Assembly (NCBI GenBank): GCA_018065295.1
Contig: JAGHTQ010000177.1
Coordinates: 1-36,971 of the forward strand
Direction of reading: 5' to 3'
Source: Candidatus Colimonas fimequi
GTDB lineage: Bacteria > Bacillota > Clostridia > Peptostreptococcales > Anaerovoracaceae
Length of the DNA stretch: 36,971 nt
In this document: positions 16,670 to 26,258 of the stretch, in pieces
Layout of the letters: the number at the start of each line of letters is the position of its first letter
How positions within the stretch are numbered: the stretch's first letter is position 1
Notes under the pieces: generated by a model
Databases searched by the model: none
What the model was told of the DNA's origin: nothing
The model's input: the letters and a program-made list of their open reading frames with translations, nothing else
Translations under genes and position numbers: made by a program

Positions 16670-18064
16670 CTAGAATTCAGCACTCTTAGGTGTTCTTGGG
16701 AATGGCTGTACGTCACGGATGTTGCTCATACCAGTGATGTACATGATAATTCTCTCGAATCCAAGGCCGAAGCCTGAATGCTTAACACCACCGTACTTAC
16801 GGAGATCCATGTACCACCAGTAGTCATCCAGGTTCATGCCGTCTGCTTCGATTCTGTTCTTGAGCATGTCGTAACGTTCTTCTCTCTGTGAACCGCCAAT
16901 GATTTCACCAACGCCTGGTACCAGAAGGTCTGCAGCTGCAACAGTCTTACCGTCATCATTGAGGCGCATGTAGAATGCCTTGATTGCTGCTGGATAGTCA
17001 GTTACGAATACTGGCTTCTTGAAGATCTGTTCTGTGATGTATCTCTCGTGTTCTGTCTGAAGGTCAATACCCCATTCTACTGGATACTGGAATTCAGCGC
17101 CTGACTTCTTAAGAAGTTCAACTGCTTCTGTGTATGTGATTCTTGCAAAGTCTGATTCTACGATGTTCTTCATTCTGTCGAGTACGCCCTTGTTAATGAA
17201 CTTGTTGAAGAATTCCATTTCTTCTGGAGCGTTCTCAAGAATGTAGTTGATGATGTACTTAATCATTGCTTCTGCAACGTCCATATCCTGCTGCAGGTCG
17301 CAGAATGCCATTTCAGGCTCGATCATCCAGAATTCTGACGCATGTCTAGCAGTGTTTGAGTTCTCTGCTCTGAATGTTGGTCCGAATGTGTAGATGTTCT
17401 TGAATGCCATTGCGAAGATTTCTGCTTCAAGCTGACCACTTACAGTAAGGCTTGTTCTCTTGCCGAAGAAGTCCTGGCTATAGTCAACAGCGCCATCTTC
17501 AGTTCTAGGCATATCGTTAACATCAAGAGTTGTTACCTGGAACATTTCACCAGCACCCTCTGCATCACTTGCTGTGATGATTGGAGTGTGAACGTATACG
17601 AAGTCGTTCTCCTGGAAGAACTTATGGATAGCATATGCCACCAGTGAACGTACTCTGAATACTGCTGAGAATGTGTTACTTCTAGGTCTAAGGTGTGCAA
17701 TTTCTCTCAGGAATTCCATGCTGTGTCTCTTCTTCTGAAGTGGGTAGTCAGCATCTGAATCTGCTTCGATTGTTACCTTAGTAGCTTTAATTTCAAAAGG
17801 CTGCTTAGCATCTGGTGTAAGAACGAACTTACCAACTACACTGATACCAGCTGCGATTGGAGCCTTAGCGATTTCATCGAAATTCTCAAGAAATTCCTTC
17901 TCATATACAACCTGAACTGACTTGAAAAAAGTACCGTCGTTAAGTTCGATGAATCCGAACTTGTTAGAACCTCTGTTAGTTCTAACCCAACCTTCTACTG
18001 TGATTTCGCTGTCAGCATATCTCTGGCTTTCTCTAAAAAGGCTTCTTACTTCTACTGCGCTCAT
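16670..18064 (-). CDS. asnS: Asparaginyl-tRNA synthetase
   Basis: AGGAG RBS, ATG 18064; OB fold (GWVR..FIELNDG), [52 protein letters not shown]. Confidence 0.98.
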   Translation of the reverse strand: MSAVEVRSLFRESQRYADSEITVEGWVRTNRGSNKFGFIELNDGTFFKSVQVVYEKEFLENFDEIAKAPIAAGISVVGKFVLTPDAKQPFEIKATKVTIEADSDADYPLQKKRHSMEFLREIAHLRPRSNTFSAVFRVRSLVAYAIHKFFQENDFVYVHTPIITASDAEGAGEMFQVTTLDVNDMPRTEDGAVDYSQDFFGKRTSLTVSGQLEAEIFAMAFKNIYTFGPTFRAENSNTARHASEFWMIEPEMAFCDLQQDMDVAEAMIKYIINYILENAPEEMEFFNKFINKGVLDRMKNIVESDFARITYTEAVELLKKSGAEFQYPVEWGIDLQTEHERYITEQIFKKPVFVTDYPAAIKAFYMRLNDDGKTVAAADLLVPGVGEIIGGSQREERYDMLKNRIEADGMNLDDYWWYMDLRKYGGVKHSGFGLGFERIIMYITGMSNIRDVQPFPRTPKSAEF

Positions 18065-18120
18065 ATCTATATCTCCTGTTAATAAGTAATACGTAGCTTT
18101 CGCCACGCTCATTTGGATAA

Positions 18121-18149
18121 ATAATATCACAAAATGGCGCCAGTTTCAA
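18121..18149 (-). promoter_or_regulatory. sigma70-type promoter of asnS
   Basis: Minus strand TTGAAA-17 nt-TATTAT with extended TG. Confidence 0.6.
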
Positions 18150-18179
18150 TGATACATATACACGAAACGTCCATTATAT

Positions 18180-18204
18180 AAAAAGACGGCCCACATGGAC
18201 CGTC
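18180..18204 (-). terminator. Intrinsic terminator of rpoN
   Basis: Minus strand GACGGTCCA-TG-TGGGCCGTC-TTTTT. Confidence 0.7.
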
Positions 18205-18233
18205 ACATATAATCATATTTTCTTCTCCATTCA

Positions 18234-19553
18234 CTAGTAACGCTTACGCTTCTGTGATGAGAAAATGCCGATTTCTTCTCGATACTTAGCAACTGTTCTT
18301 CTAGCAATGTCAATGCCCTTGCCAACCAGATGCTCCGCAATCTTCTGATCGCTAATTGGTTTCTTAGGATCTTCGTTATCAACCAGTTCCTTAATCATCT
18401 CCTTAATCGCCTTCGATGATACGTCTTCGCCGTCTCTTCCTGATACGCCGCTTGTGAAGAAATACTTCAGTTCGAATACACCTCTTGGAGTCTGAATATA
18501 TTTACCATTAATGGTTCTGCTGACTGTAGACTCGTGAACGTTTACCTGTTCAGCGATCTGTCTGAGAATCAGCGGTTTCAGGTGCTTCTCACCCTGGCTA
18601 AAGAATTCTTCCTGATAATCAACAATCGCCTTAGAAACATTATAAATAGTGTTACGGCGCTGCTCGATACTATCAATCAGCCATCTAGCCGCTTTGATTC
18701 TCTCAAGAAGATAATCAGTCAGTTCTTCATTGTCCTTGTTACCTTCAAGAAGATCCATGTAGTACTGATTAACAGCAACACCTGGCTTACTGCTCTCACT
18801 GAGAGTCAGCTTGTACTCGCCGTTGACTTCTTCAAGATAAACGTCAGGAGTGATATATCTAGTCTCTTCTGATGAAGCGAATGCTCTTCCCGGCTTAGGA
18901 TCGAGAGTCTTGATTTCGTCAGATATCTTCTGGATAGTTTCAACGCTTGTCTTGTTAGCCTTGGCAATCTGCTGAAGTCTATTGAGTGCCAGTTCCTCAA
19001 GATGATTCTTGATTACTCTTGCCTTGAGATTAGAGCATGAACCTTTAGCCTTAAGCTGAAGGAGGAGACACTCTGGGATATTACGTGCTCCAACACCTGC
19101 TGGTTCGAAACTTCTCAGAACTCTAATAGCTCGGTGCACTGTTTCACCTGAGCAATTCTCGATCTCTGCGATTTCATCGATTGACTGCTTAAGATATCCG
19201 TTATCATCGAGAGTATCAATGAGATATTCGCACACCCTAATTACACCCTTAGGCGCCTTAACGAACTGGAGCTGATGGAGAAGATGCTCGCTGAGAGTCT
19301 CTTCATTCAAGTTAAACTGCTTGAATGGAGTACCCTGTGGTTTCTCCTTCCTAAATCCTGTAGAAGTGCTGTAATTCTCTCTAACGATGAGATCCTTCTC
19401 AAGGACAGGATTTGCCAGAACCTGTTCATCAACGTAACGTTCAAGCTCAGTAGAATTAAGCTGAAGAATCTTGATAGCCTGAACCATTTCCTGGGTTAGG
19501 TTTAGTTTTTGAGTCTGTTCAATTGTCAGGTCAAATTTCATATTCATAGACAT
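18234..19553 (-). CDS. rpoN: RNA polymerase sigma-54 factor
   Basis: Region I Q/L-rich (QAIKILQL), NPVLE, LDDNGYL, EPAGVGAR, DPKPG, HESTVSR, ELKYFF, RpoN box ARRTVAKYRE. The start could be ATG 19547. Confidence 0.97.
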   Translation of the reverse strand: MSMNMKFDLTIEQTQKLNLTQEMVQAIKILQLNSTELERYVDEQVLANPVLEKDLIVRENYSTSTGFRKEKPQGTPFKQFNLNEETLSEHLLHQLQFVKAPKGVIRVCEYLIDTLDDNGYLKQSIDEIAEIENCSGETVHRAIRVLRSFEPAGVGARNIPECLLLQLKAKGSCSNLKARVIKNHLEELALNRLQQIAKANKTSVETIQKISDEIKTLDPKPGRAFASSEETRYITPDVYLEEVNGEYKLTLSESSKPGVAVNQYYMDLLEGNKDNEELTDYLLERIKAARWLIDSIEQRRNTIYNVSKAIVDYQEEFFSQGEKHLKPLILRQIAEQVNVHESTVSRTINGKYIQTPRGVFELKYFFTSGVSGRDGEDVSSKAIKEMIKELVDNEDPKKPISDQKIAEHLVGKGIDIARRTVAKYREEIGIFSSQKRKRY

Positions 19554-19594
19554 ACATCCTCGTGTACGACTATTTTACCACAGCAAAAGACAAA

Positions 19595-19612
19595 TTGGCA
19601 TTAATTTTGCTT
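19595..19612 (+). promoter_or_regulatory. sigma-54 -24/-12 site, antisense to rpoN and overlapping its promoter
   Basis: TTGGCATTAATTTTGCTT = TGGCA-N6-TTGC with exact GG-N10-GC spacing. Confidence 0.65.
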
Positions 19613-19654
19613 ATCATAATGTTTTTATTATGTTTTCCCTTATTTTGGCAACCG

Positions 19655-22411
19655 CTAACCTGCGATAATTGATGCACTGCTACCGCCAGTTTTGGCCTTA
19701 GTAACCACAATCTGATTCTCGATTTTTTCTTTTAACTCAGCTACGTGAGAAATGATTCCCACAAGTCTGTCGCCTTCTGTCAAAGATATCAACGCATTCA
19801 TCGCCTGTCTCAAAGACTCCTCATCCAAGGAACCGAAACCTTCGTCAACGAAGAGCGTGTCAATTCTTATTCCACCAGCCGACTGCTGCACTTCGTCGCT
19901 AAGTCCAAGTGCAAGTGAAAGTGATGCCATGAATGTCTCGCCGCCGCTAAGGGTCTTAACATCACGAACCGAGCCGTTGTAGTGGTCAAGGACGTCAAGG
20001 TCAAGGCCTGCCACCGCACGCTTGTCATCGGATGATTCCTTGCGCTTAAGTTCATACTGACCACCAGTCATGACCATAAGGCGCTTGTTAGCACGATAAA
20101 GAATCCTATCAAGATAAACCATCTGAACGTACGTCTCAAGGGCTATACGCTCGCTACCGAAGCCAACAGGCGCGTTAGCTGTTCTGCTGAGGGCGTCAAC
20201 CATCACGTACTGTTTCTCTACTTCAGCCAGAGCATCTGACTGCTTGTTGATACCTGCGAGAGCCTTGCGATTGCCGTCGATTCTTGTATGAATCTCCTGC
20301 TGCTTAGCATCGATAGCCACCTTGCTATCAGTAAGAGCCTGCCTCTTCTCCTCCAAAGGAGCCACGTCCCCTGCTTCCTCACCACTAAGCTGGTTTCGCA
20401 GAGCTTCGATTGATCCGCTCAGCTTCTCCAGCTTGCTGTTATATGACGTCAGATTCTCGCTGGCCTCCTGGATAGCATCCGCTATCTCTTTCTTCTTCTC
20501 TTCGCAGCTTCGGCTGGCAGCCTCAGCCGCCTCCTTGCTTGCAGTACTGATAGTCTTCTCCAGCTGGCCAATCTGCTCATTCTTGGATTCAAGCTGAGCA
20601 CTCATACTTGTCAGATTGGTCTGAAGTTTGTTAATTGCTTCGCTCTTAGTCACGAGAGTTTCTTCCTTGCCAGGGAGCTTCTTCTCGATATCCTTCTTAT
20701 ATTTCTCTCTACCTTCCTGCTCCTTAAGAGCTGCCATGAGAGTCTCAATTTCGTTTTTGTTTTCTTCTATAGCATCACGAAGAACAGAAGTAAGCTGATC
20801 AATGTTCCCTGCACCAAGAGATTTAGCCTGAGCCTTCAAGCTCTCCTGCCTGCTGTCCACAAGACCTTTAGCCTCTCTTGCAGCGCCGCTCTTAGTGTTG
20901 GCGTCCTTCTGGGCCTGAGCTGCCATTGCTTCTGCTTCGTTTACTGCCTCTTCTGTTGGTGCATGTTCAGACTTGCACGCCTTGGCAGGATGATGAGTTG
21001 ATCCGCATACAGGACATGCCTGCCCTTCCTGAAGATTCTCCGCCATAATTCCTGCCTGAGATCCGCGGAATTCGCTTCTCATCTTGCGAAAGACTTCATC
21101 AAGTCTATCTGCTTCAGCCTCAGCCTCAAGATACTTAGCCTGTGCCATCTTAAGCGCTGTCAGCTTATCGATATAATCTGACAATCCATCGCTGATGCCG
21201 TTAAGTTCCTGGCTCTTAGCTTCTGCTGCAGCCTTCTTAGCATTTATCTCCGCCTTCTTAACTGCTATATCTTCTAAGTTCTTCAGTTCTTCCTTATAGC
21301 CTTCAATCTCTGCTGCCAGAACTTGGGCTTCGCCACGAGTTTTCTCAATGGAATCAGTAGTCTTCTTAATGGAATCCTGCAGGGTATTAGCATCGATAAT
21401 TAACGATTCCTTCTGCTTATGTCTGCTAATTTCCTGAGCCAACTGCTCCACCTGACGTGTCAGTTGATCTAGCTCAGGCGCTCTCTTATCAGCATCTTCC
21501 TTGGCCTTCACAAGCTCACCCTTCTTAGGAAGAAGGCCTTCAAGTTCCACTTCATCTGCCTTAAGATTCTCTGCAATTTCAATCTGCTTAATCATCTTAG
21601 TGATTTCTTCAGTCAAGTTTCCAATCTCTGCTCCAAGAGCTTCTGACTTGGTAGTAAGCTGCGCCTCGTCATCACCATCCATGGCAATTAAGCGTTCTAT
21701 AAGTTCCACTACATCAGCAGTGAGAAGTTCATCGTTAATAGCCCTAGCCACGTCAGACGCCAGCTGACTATCCTCATCACAGCTAATTCCGCTGATATAC
21801 TGCTTGATGCTTCTCTTAAGTTCTGAGCGTGCCACGCCCAGAGCCTTCGCCCTCTCTGAGAGTTCTCTCTGAATGCTGTCGAATAACTCAGTCTTAAAGA
21901 GCTTCCTGAATATCTTCTGTCTCTCACCAGTTGATTCTGTGAGCAGCTTCTGAAAATCCCCCTGAGCAATCATTGCAATCTGACCGAACTGATTCTTGTC
22001 AACACCGATAATATCTTCGATAGCCGCCTTAACGTCTGTCCTCTTAGTTATTACCTTACCATCAGGCATTGTCAGTTCAGCTTCAGCCTTCTTGGGTGTC
22101 TTCCTGCCTTCAAGCTTATATTCAGGACTTCTTCTAATCTTGTATAATTCTTCTCGATATTCGAATTCCAGTTCCACGAAAGTGTCAGTACTGTTATCCG
22201 CATAGAGCGAACGGAGCATGTTGGCCTTACGATTCTGACCGCTGGCTTCGTCATAAAGAGCGAATGAAATAGCGTCAAAAATTGTAGTCTTACCAGCTCC
22301 TGTATCACCAGTTACCAGATACAGTCCACCTGTACCAAGCTTGGTGAAATCAAGTTCCTGCACTCCAGCATATGGTCCGAAGGCTGACATAGTTAATTTA
22401 AGTGGTCTCAT
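19655..22411 (-). CDS. sbcC: SbcC/Rad50-like SMC ATPase
   Basis: Walker A GDTGAGKTT, Q-loop IAQGDF, coiled coils with CPVCGS zinc hook, LSGGE, LFVDEGFGSLD, IISH. Confidence 0.96.
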   Translation of the reverse strand: MRPLKLTMSAFGPYAGVQELDFTKLGTGGLYLVTGDTGAGKTTIFDAISFALYDEASGQNRKANMLRSLYADNSTDTFVELEFEYREELYKIRRSPEYKLEGRKTPKKAEAELTMPDGKVITKRTDVKAAIEDIIGVDKNQFGQIAMIAQGDFQKLLTESTGERQKIFRKLFKTELFDSIQRELSERAKALGVARSELKRSIKQYISGISCDEDSQLASDVARAINDELLTADVVELIERLIAMDGDDEAQLTTKSEALGAEIGNLTEEITKMIKQIEIAENLKADEVELEGLLPKKGELVKAKEDADKRAPELDQLTRQVEQLAQEISRHKQKESLIIDANTLQDSIKKTTDSIEKTRGEAQVLAAEIEGYKEELKNLEDIAVKKAEINAKKAAAEAKSQELNGISDGLSDYIDKLTALKMAQAKYLEAEAEADRLDEVFRKMRSEFRGSQAGIMAENLQEGQACPVCGSTHHPAKACKSEHAPTEEAVNEAEAMAAQAQKDANTKSGAAREAKGLVDSRQESLKAQAKSLGAGNIDQLTSVLRDAIEENKNEIETLMAALKEQEGREKYKKDIEKKLPGKEETLVTKSEAINKLQTNLTSMSAQLESKNEQIGQLEKTISTASKEAAEAASRSCEEKKKEIADAIQEASENLTSYNSKLEKLSGSIEALRNQLSGEEAGDVAPLEEKRQALTDSKVAIDAKQQEIHTRIDGNRKALAGINKQSDALAEVEKQYVMVDALSRTANAPVGFGSERIALETYVQMVYLDRILYRANKRLMVMTGGQYELKRKESSDDKRAVAGLDLDVLDHYNGSVRDVKTLSGGETFMASLSLALGLSDEVQQSAGGIRIDTLFVDEGFGSLDEESLRQAMNALISLTEGDRLVGIISHVAELKEKIENQIVVTKAKTGGSSASIIAG

Positions 22412-23544
22412 TATTTAGCCCCCTTCAGATCATTAATAAGTGCCGTCATATATTCTTCCTGCTCTGGACTCATGTCTCTTCCGTTCTGCTTAGTGAACAG
22501 TTCTGCGAAAAGCTCCAGTTCAGATTTCTTATCTACTTCCTGAGCAAGCCCCACCGCTTCAGTGTTTCTTGTTCTCGTATTATCGTAGTTCATTCCCATT
22601 ATATTAGGATAAATTTTACGCAGCTGATCGTATGCGCCAGCCACTTCATCTTCGTCCTTAAGGACAACGTGCACGTAGTCAGAGCACGCCTCTCCCTCGC
22701 CTCTGCCAGCTTCGATAACGTCAGCAAACAGGCCTTCAACCTTGCGCATATCGCGCAGTGGTGTGAGGCCGATTGTGCGGATGGAAACGTCACCCTTTGC
22801 GAAAAGTTCCACAACAGTAACTGACTTCTCATGGCCGGCTTCGGACATGGAATACTTGAGCGGTGTACCGCAATAACGAATCCTGCCGCCATCCATATTC
22901 TGTGGTCCATGAATATGACCCAGGGCCACATAATCGAAGCCTTCGAAAGCAGCAGCATCGATATTGTCAATGCCGCCCACGCTCACTTCTTCTGAATCGC
23001 TTCGAACCGCACCAGTTACGAACTGATGGGAAACAAGAACATTTCGAGCATCAGTGTCGATATCCGTTTCGCCTACAACGGCCTTCATCATGTCGGTGTA
23101 ATTGCCAATCTCCTGGTCTTCGAAATACCTCTTAACTGCCGCCGGCTTAATGAACGGAAGCATATAGATATTCACGTCACCATTCTCGTCTTCCAGGGTA
23201 ATCGGATCCACGTGACCGCTATAAGTTCGTGACACGAAAACACCTTCGCTCTCCATAAGGCGGGAAGCGAAGGACATTCTCTCAACTGAATCGTGATTTC
23301 CAGCGATGACGAACGTAGGGATACCGCGGCCTGCAAGTTCCACCAGGAAACTGTCAAAGAGCTCAATAGCATCCAGCACAGGCACCGACTTGTCATACAC
23401 GTCCCCTGCGATAAGTACGCCGTCTGGCTTCTCACTATCTATTATCTTGTAAATTTCATTAATGATATGCTTCTGGTCTTCGATCATGGAATAGCCATTG
23501 ACCTTCTTGCCCAGATGCAGATCAGATAAGTGAATTAATTTCAT
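22411..23544 (-). CDS. sbcD: SbcD/Mre11-like nuclease
   Basis: SDLHLG, AGDVYD, GNHD, HQF, LGHIH, YCGTPLKYS; TAATG coupling to sbcC. Confidence 0.96.
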   Translation of the reverse strand: MKLIHLSDLHLGKKVNGYSMIEDQKHIINEIYKIIDSEKPDGVLIAGDVYDKSVPVLDAIELFDSFLVELAGRGIPTFVIAGNHDSVERMSFASRLMESEGVFVSRTYSGHVDPITLEDENGDVNIYMLPFIKPAAVKRYFEDQEIGNYTDMMKAVVGETDIDTDARNVLVSHQFVTGAVRSDSEEVSVGGIDNIDAAAFEGFDYVALGHIHGPQNMDGGRIRYCGTPLKYSMSEAGHEKSVTVVELFAKGDVSIRTIGLTPLRDMRKVEGLFADVIEAGRGEGEACSDYVHVVLKDEDEVAGAYDQLRKIYPNIMGMNYDNTRTRNTEAVGLAQEVDKKSELELFAELFTKQNGRDMSPEQEEYMTALINDLKGAK

Positions 23545-23547
23545 AAT

Positions 23548-24717
23548 TTAGAGGCTTTCCTTTAATAATTCGACGATTTCCTCTCTAGTTGGTGGTTCAT
23601 AGCCACCGTCAAGAATTAATGTGGCATCTGCGATGCCTTCAATCATGTCTTCAGTTACACCAAGCTCACTCAGGTTCATAACGAGACCCAGTTCCTTCAT
23701 CCATCTCTCCATAGCTGCAAGGCCGTCCATAGCAACTTCTTCCTGGTTCTGACCATAGTGGTCGATTCCCCAAACGTTGCTAGCGAATCTCTCAAGCTTA
23801 GGCATGCCGTAATCCAGCATACGTCTATAGTAAGGCATTGAAACTGCAGCCAGAGTCATACCGTGAGTTGCATCTGTGTATGCGCCAACAGCCTGACCCA
23901 GCATGTGAACCATCCAGTCAGTTGACTTACCTCTGCTGATGAGTGTGTTCAGTGCCCATGTTGCTGTCCACATAATGTTAGAACGTGCTTCGTAGTTCTG
24001 AGGATCCTTCTTAGCTTCGCGTGATGCCTTAACAAGGCTTCTCATGAGACCTTCTGCAATGTAGTCACTTGTATTGTCATCATAACCTGAGAAGTACTGT
24101 TCGCAAATGTGGTTAAAAATATCATAAATGCCCGCTACCATCTGATATTCAGGCAGTGTCATTGTGTATCTAGGATTGAGAATAGTGAACCTTGGCATAA
24201 CGTCTGATGATGCGAATACGTGACCGATCTTCAGATTCTTCTCTCTGTTTGTGATAACTGAGCCAGCGTTCATCTCTGAGCCAGTACCTGCCATTGTGAG
24301 GACGCATCCTACAGGGATGATCTGGCAAGTTGGTTCTTCGAATCTGTCGAAGTACTTATCCCATGGGTCCTCTTCTTCGTTTACTGATACAGCAACGGCC
24401 TTGGAATAGTCGCATACTGAACCGCCACCAACAGCAAGCAAAAGGTCAACGTTCGCTTCTCTTGCAATAGCAACGCCTTCGCGCAGTTTCTCGATTGTTG
24501 GGTTAGGCATTACGCCTGAGATTTCTGTAACCTTCTTGCCAGCTTCATTTAAGATTGCCATTACGTCATCATAAACACCGTTCTTCTTGATGCTGCCGCC
24601 GCCGTAAACAAGAACTACGTTCTCGCCGTAATTAGCCAGCTCACCGCTGAGATTAGCCAGTGAATCTTCTCCGAAATACAGTTTAGTAGGATTGTGATAA
24701 GTGAAATTACCTAACAT
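23548..24717 (-). CDS. Iron-containing alcohol dehydrogenase (BdhA/YqhD butanol-dehydrogenase-like)
   Basis: NPTKLYFG, YGGGSIK, GGGSVCD, TGSEMN, DIFNHICEQY, HMLGQ, THGMTLA; ATG 24717. Confidence 0.92.
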   Translation of the reverse strand: MLGNFTYHNPTKLYFGEDSLANLSGELANYGENVVLVYGGGSIKKNGVYDDVMAILNEAGKKVTEISGVMPNPTIEKLREGVAIAREANVDLLLAVGGGSVCDYSKAVAVSVNEEEDPWDKYFDRFEEPTCQIIPVGCVLTMAGTGSEMNAGSVITNREKNLKIGHVFASSDVMPRFTILNPRYTMTLPEYQMVAGIYDIFNHICEQYFSGYDDNTSDYIAEGLMRSLVKASREAKKDPQNYEARSNIMWTATWALNTLISRGKSTDWMVHMLGQAVGAYTDATHGMTLAAVSMPYYRRMLDYGMPKLERFASNVWGIDHYGQNQEEVAMDGLAAMERWMKELGLVMNLSELGVTEDMIEGIADATLILDGGYEPPTREEIVELLKESL

Positions 24718-24742
24718 GTTTCTTCTTCCTTTCTCCAAATTG

Positions 24743-26248
24743 TTAACCGAAACTTCTCACATCATTGAGCATCAGCAGTGCATTATCATCACCGAGATTT
24801 ATTCTCTTGTAGAGAGCTTCTTCTACATCTGATGCGATTGCAGCGATGTCTTCTGGATCAACCATATCTGTGCAGTATGTAAGCATGCTTATTGCCGCTT
24901 CAGGGAATGTCCAGATGTCACGGTTCTCACATGCCATCATGAACGCCTTGCCATAAAGGGCTACTGCAAATTCTTCGTCCTTCTCTATTTCCCCACTCCT
25001 ATATAAATCAGCGATCATAATTGTCGCATTGATATCATTAAGAAGAGCCGCCTTGTCCCAGCAAGCCTTAGCCTTATTAAAATCAGGCATTGTTCCATTA
25101 CCGAAATAAAAGCAGTTTCCCAGCCAGCTGACAGCTGTGATGTTATGATCAGCAGCTGCGCTCTGCAGGAGCATGAAAGCTTCTGCGTACTCACCTCTGT
25201 GATATAGCTCGATAGCATTTAATGTATCGATCTGATCCTGAGTCTTAGGCTGCAGGTCATTAAGCATCGCTTCTACGATTTCCTGTGGGACAAGTATACC
25301 ATCACCCCATGGATTAATAGCAACGCCACTACAGCCTTCAATCTCAACAGCCTTCTGCATAAGTTCGACCATCGGAATCACATCAGCTGATGATGCTTCA
25401 CCTTTAGCCTTCTCCCTGTTATTTGTGAAGCAAGCCAGCAGGTTAACACCCTCATCTGTCTCGATTATCTGGAAAAGCACATCTTCTTCATCAGTGCCCT
25501 GATTCTCATATTTAATAGGAACGATAACCTTAAGTCCACCCTTCAGTTCTTCGAAAAGTACGTCAAGAACTGCATCTGGTTCATCGTCAAAATCGTTAGC
25601 ATGCCACTTAGTTAATGCTTCTTCGAGAGCCGGACATCCATCAACGTATGGATTGTCGTCCTCTTCATTTGAGAAAACATTGTTGATTACTGCACTTGGA
25701 AATTCTTCTTCGAAGGCTTCCCCTTCATCGCCGAGGATTCTCTCAGCAATCTTGTTGCCCATTGCAAAGCCTATATCATCGATAACGCAGAAGAAAACTT
25801 CCATGTCGTAATAACTGCACATATCCAGGAAGTCTGAGCATGACATGATAGCTTCTTCCCACGCCTCTTCCTTAGGATAGCCGTAGATACCAGATGAAAT
25901 CAGCGGGAATGCAATCGAGTGACATTCATTCTCCATTGCTCTCATAAGTGAACTTCTATACGCATTGTAGAGATCCATCTGTTCTCCATTATTGCCGCCC
26001 TGCCAGATAGGACCAACCGCGTGAATGATGTACTTAGCTGGAAGGTCAAATCCAGGTGTGATTACAGCTTCACCAGTAGGACATCCGCCTATAGCATTGC
26101 AGGCCGCCTGTAACTTCTCATGTCCAGCCTTACGGAATATTGCGCCGCATACCCCGCCACCTGCGCGCAGTCCAGAGTTTGCTGCGTTAACAATACAGTC
26201 AATGTGCATTGTTGTTATATCCTGTTTCTTAATGTTAATTGAACTCAT
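24743..26248 (-). CDS. Macro domain (MacroD/YmdB-like) + SseB-like domain + SEL1 repeats
   Basis: DIT...IVNAAN..L..GGGVCGAI, IIHAVGP, AFPLISSGIYGYP; middle segment LLACFTN...GVAINPWG (SseB-like); SEL1 repeats LGNCFYFGNG..D..KA..W.KAA. Confidence 0.82.
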   Translation of the reverse strand: MSSINIKKQDITTMHIDCIVNAANSGLRAGGGVCGAIFRKAGHEKLQAACNAIGGCPTGEAVITPGFDLPAKYIIHAVGPIWQGGNNGEQMDLYNAYRSSLMRAMENECHSIAFPLISSGIYGYPKEEAWEEAIMSCSDFLDMCSYYDMEVFFCVIDDIGFAMGNKIAERILGDEGEAFEEEFPSAVINNVFSNEEDDNPYVDGCPALEEALTKWHANDFDDEPDAVLDVLFEELKGGLKVIVPIKYENQGTDEEDVLFQIIETDEGVNLLACFTNNREKAKGEASSADVIPMVELMQKAVEIEGCSGVAINPWGDGILVPQEIVEAMLNDLQPKTQDQIDTLNAIELYHRGEYAEAFMLLQSAAADHNITAVSWLGNCFYFGNGTMPDFNKAKACWDKAALLNDINATIMIADLYRSGEIEKDEEFAVALYGKAFMMACENRDIWTFPEAAISMLTYCTDMVDPEDIAAIASDVEEALYKRINLGDDNALLMLNDVRSFG

Positions 26249-26258
26249 AATCTATCTC

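Noticed and set aside
16513-16716. Long N-terminal extension of the NlpC/P60 gene
   Set aside because: It overlaps asnS, the asnS terminator and a good promoter; the signal peptide starts at 16512.
18065-18180. T-box leader for asnS; sigma-54-like TGGCGC in its promoter spacer
   Set aside because: The leader is too short and has no T-box sequence; TGGCGC lacks GC at the GG-N10 position.
19655-23544. SMC-type defence system (Wadjet/Lamassu)
   Set aside because: It is a canonical SbcD + zinc-hook SbcC pair with no jet/lmu partners.
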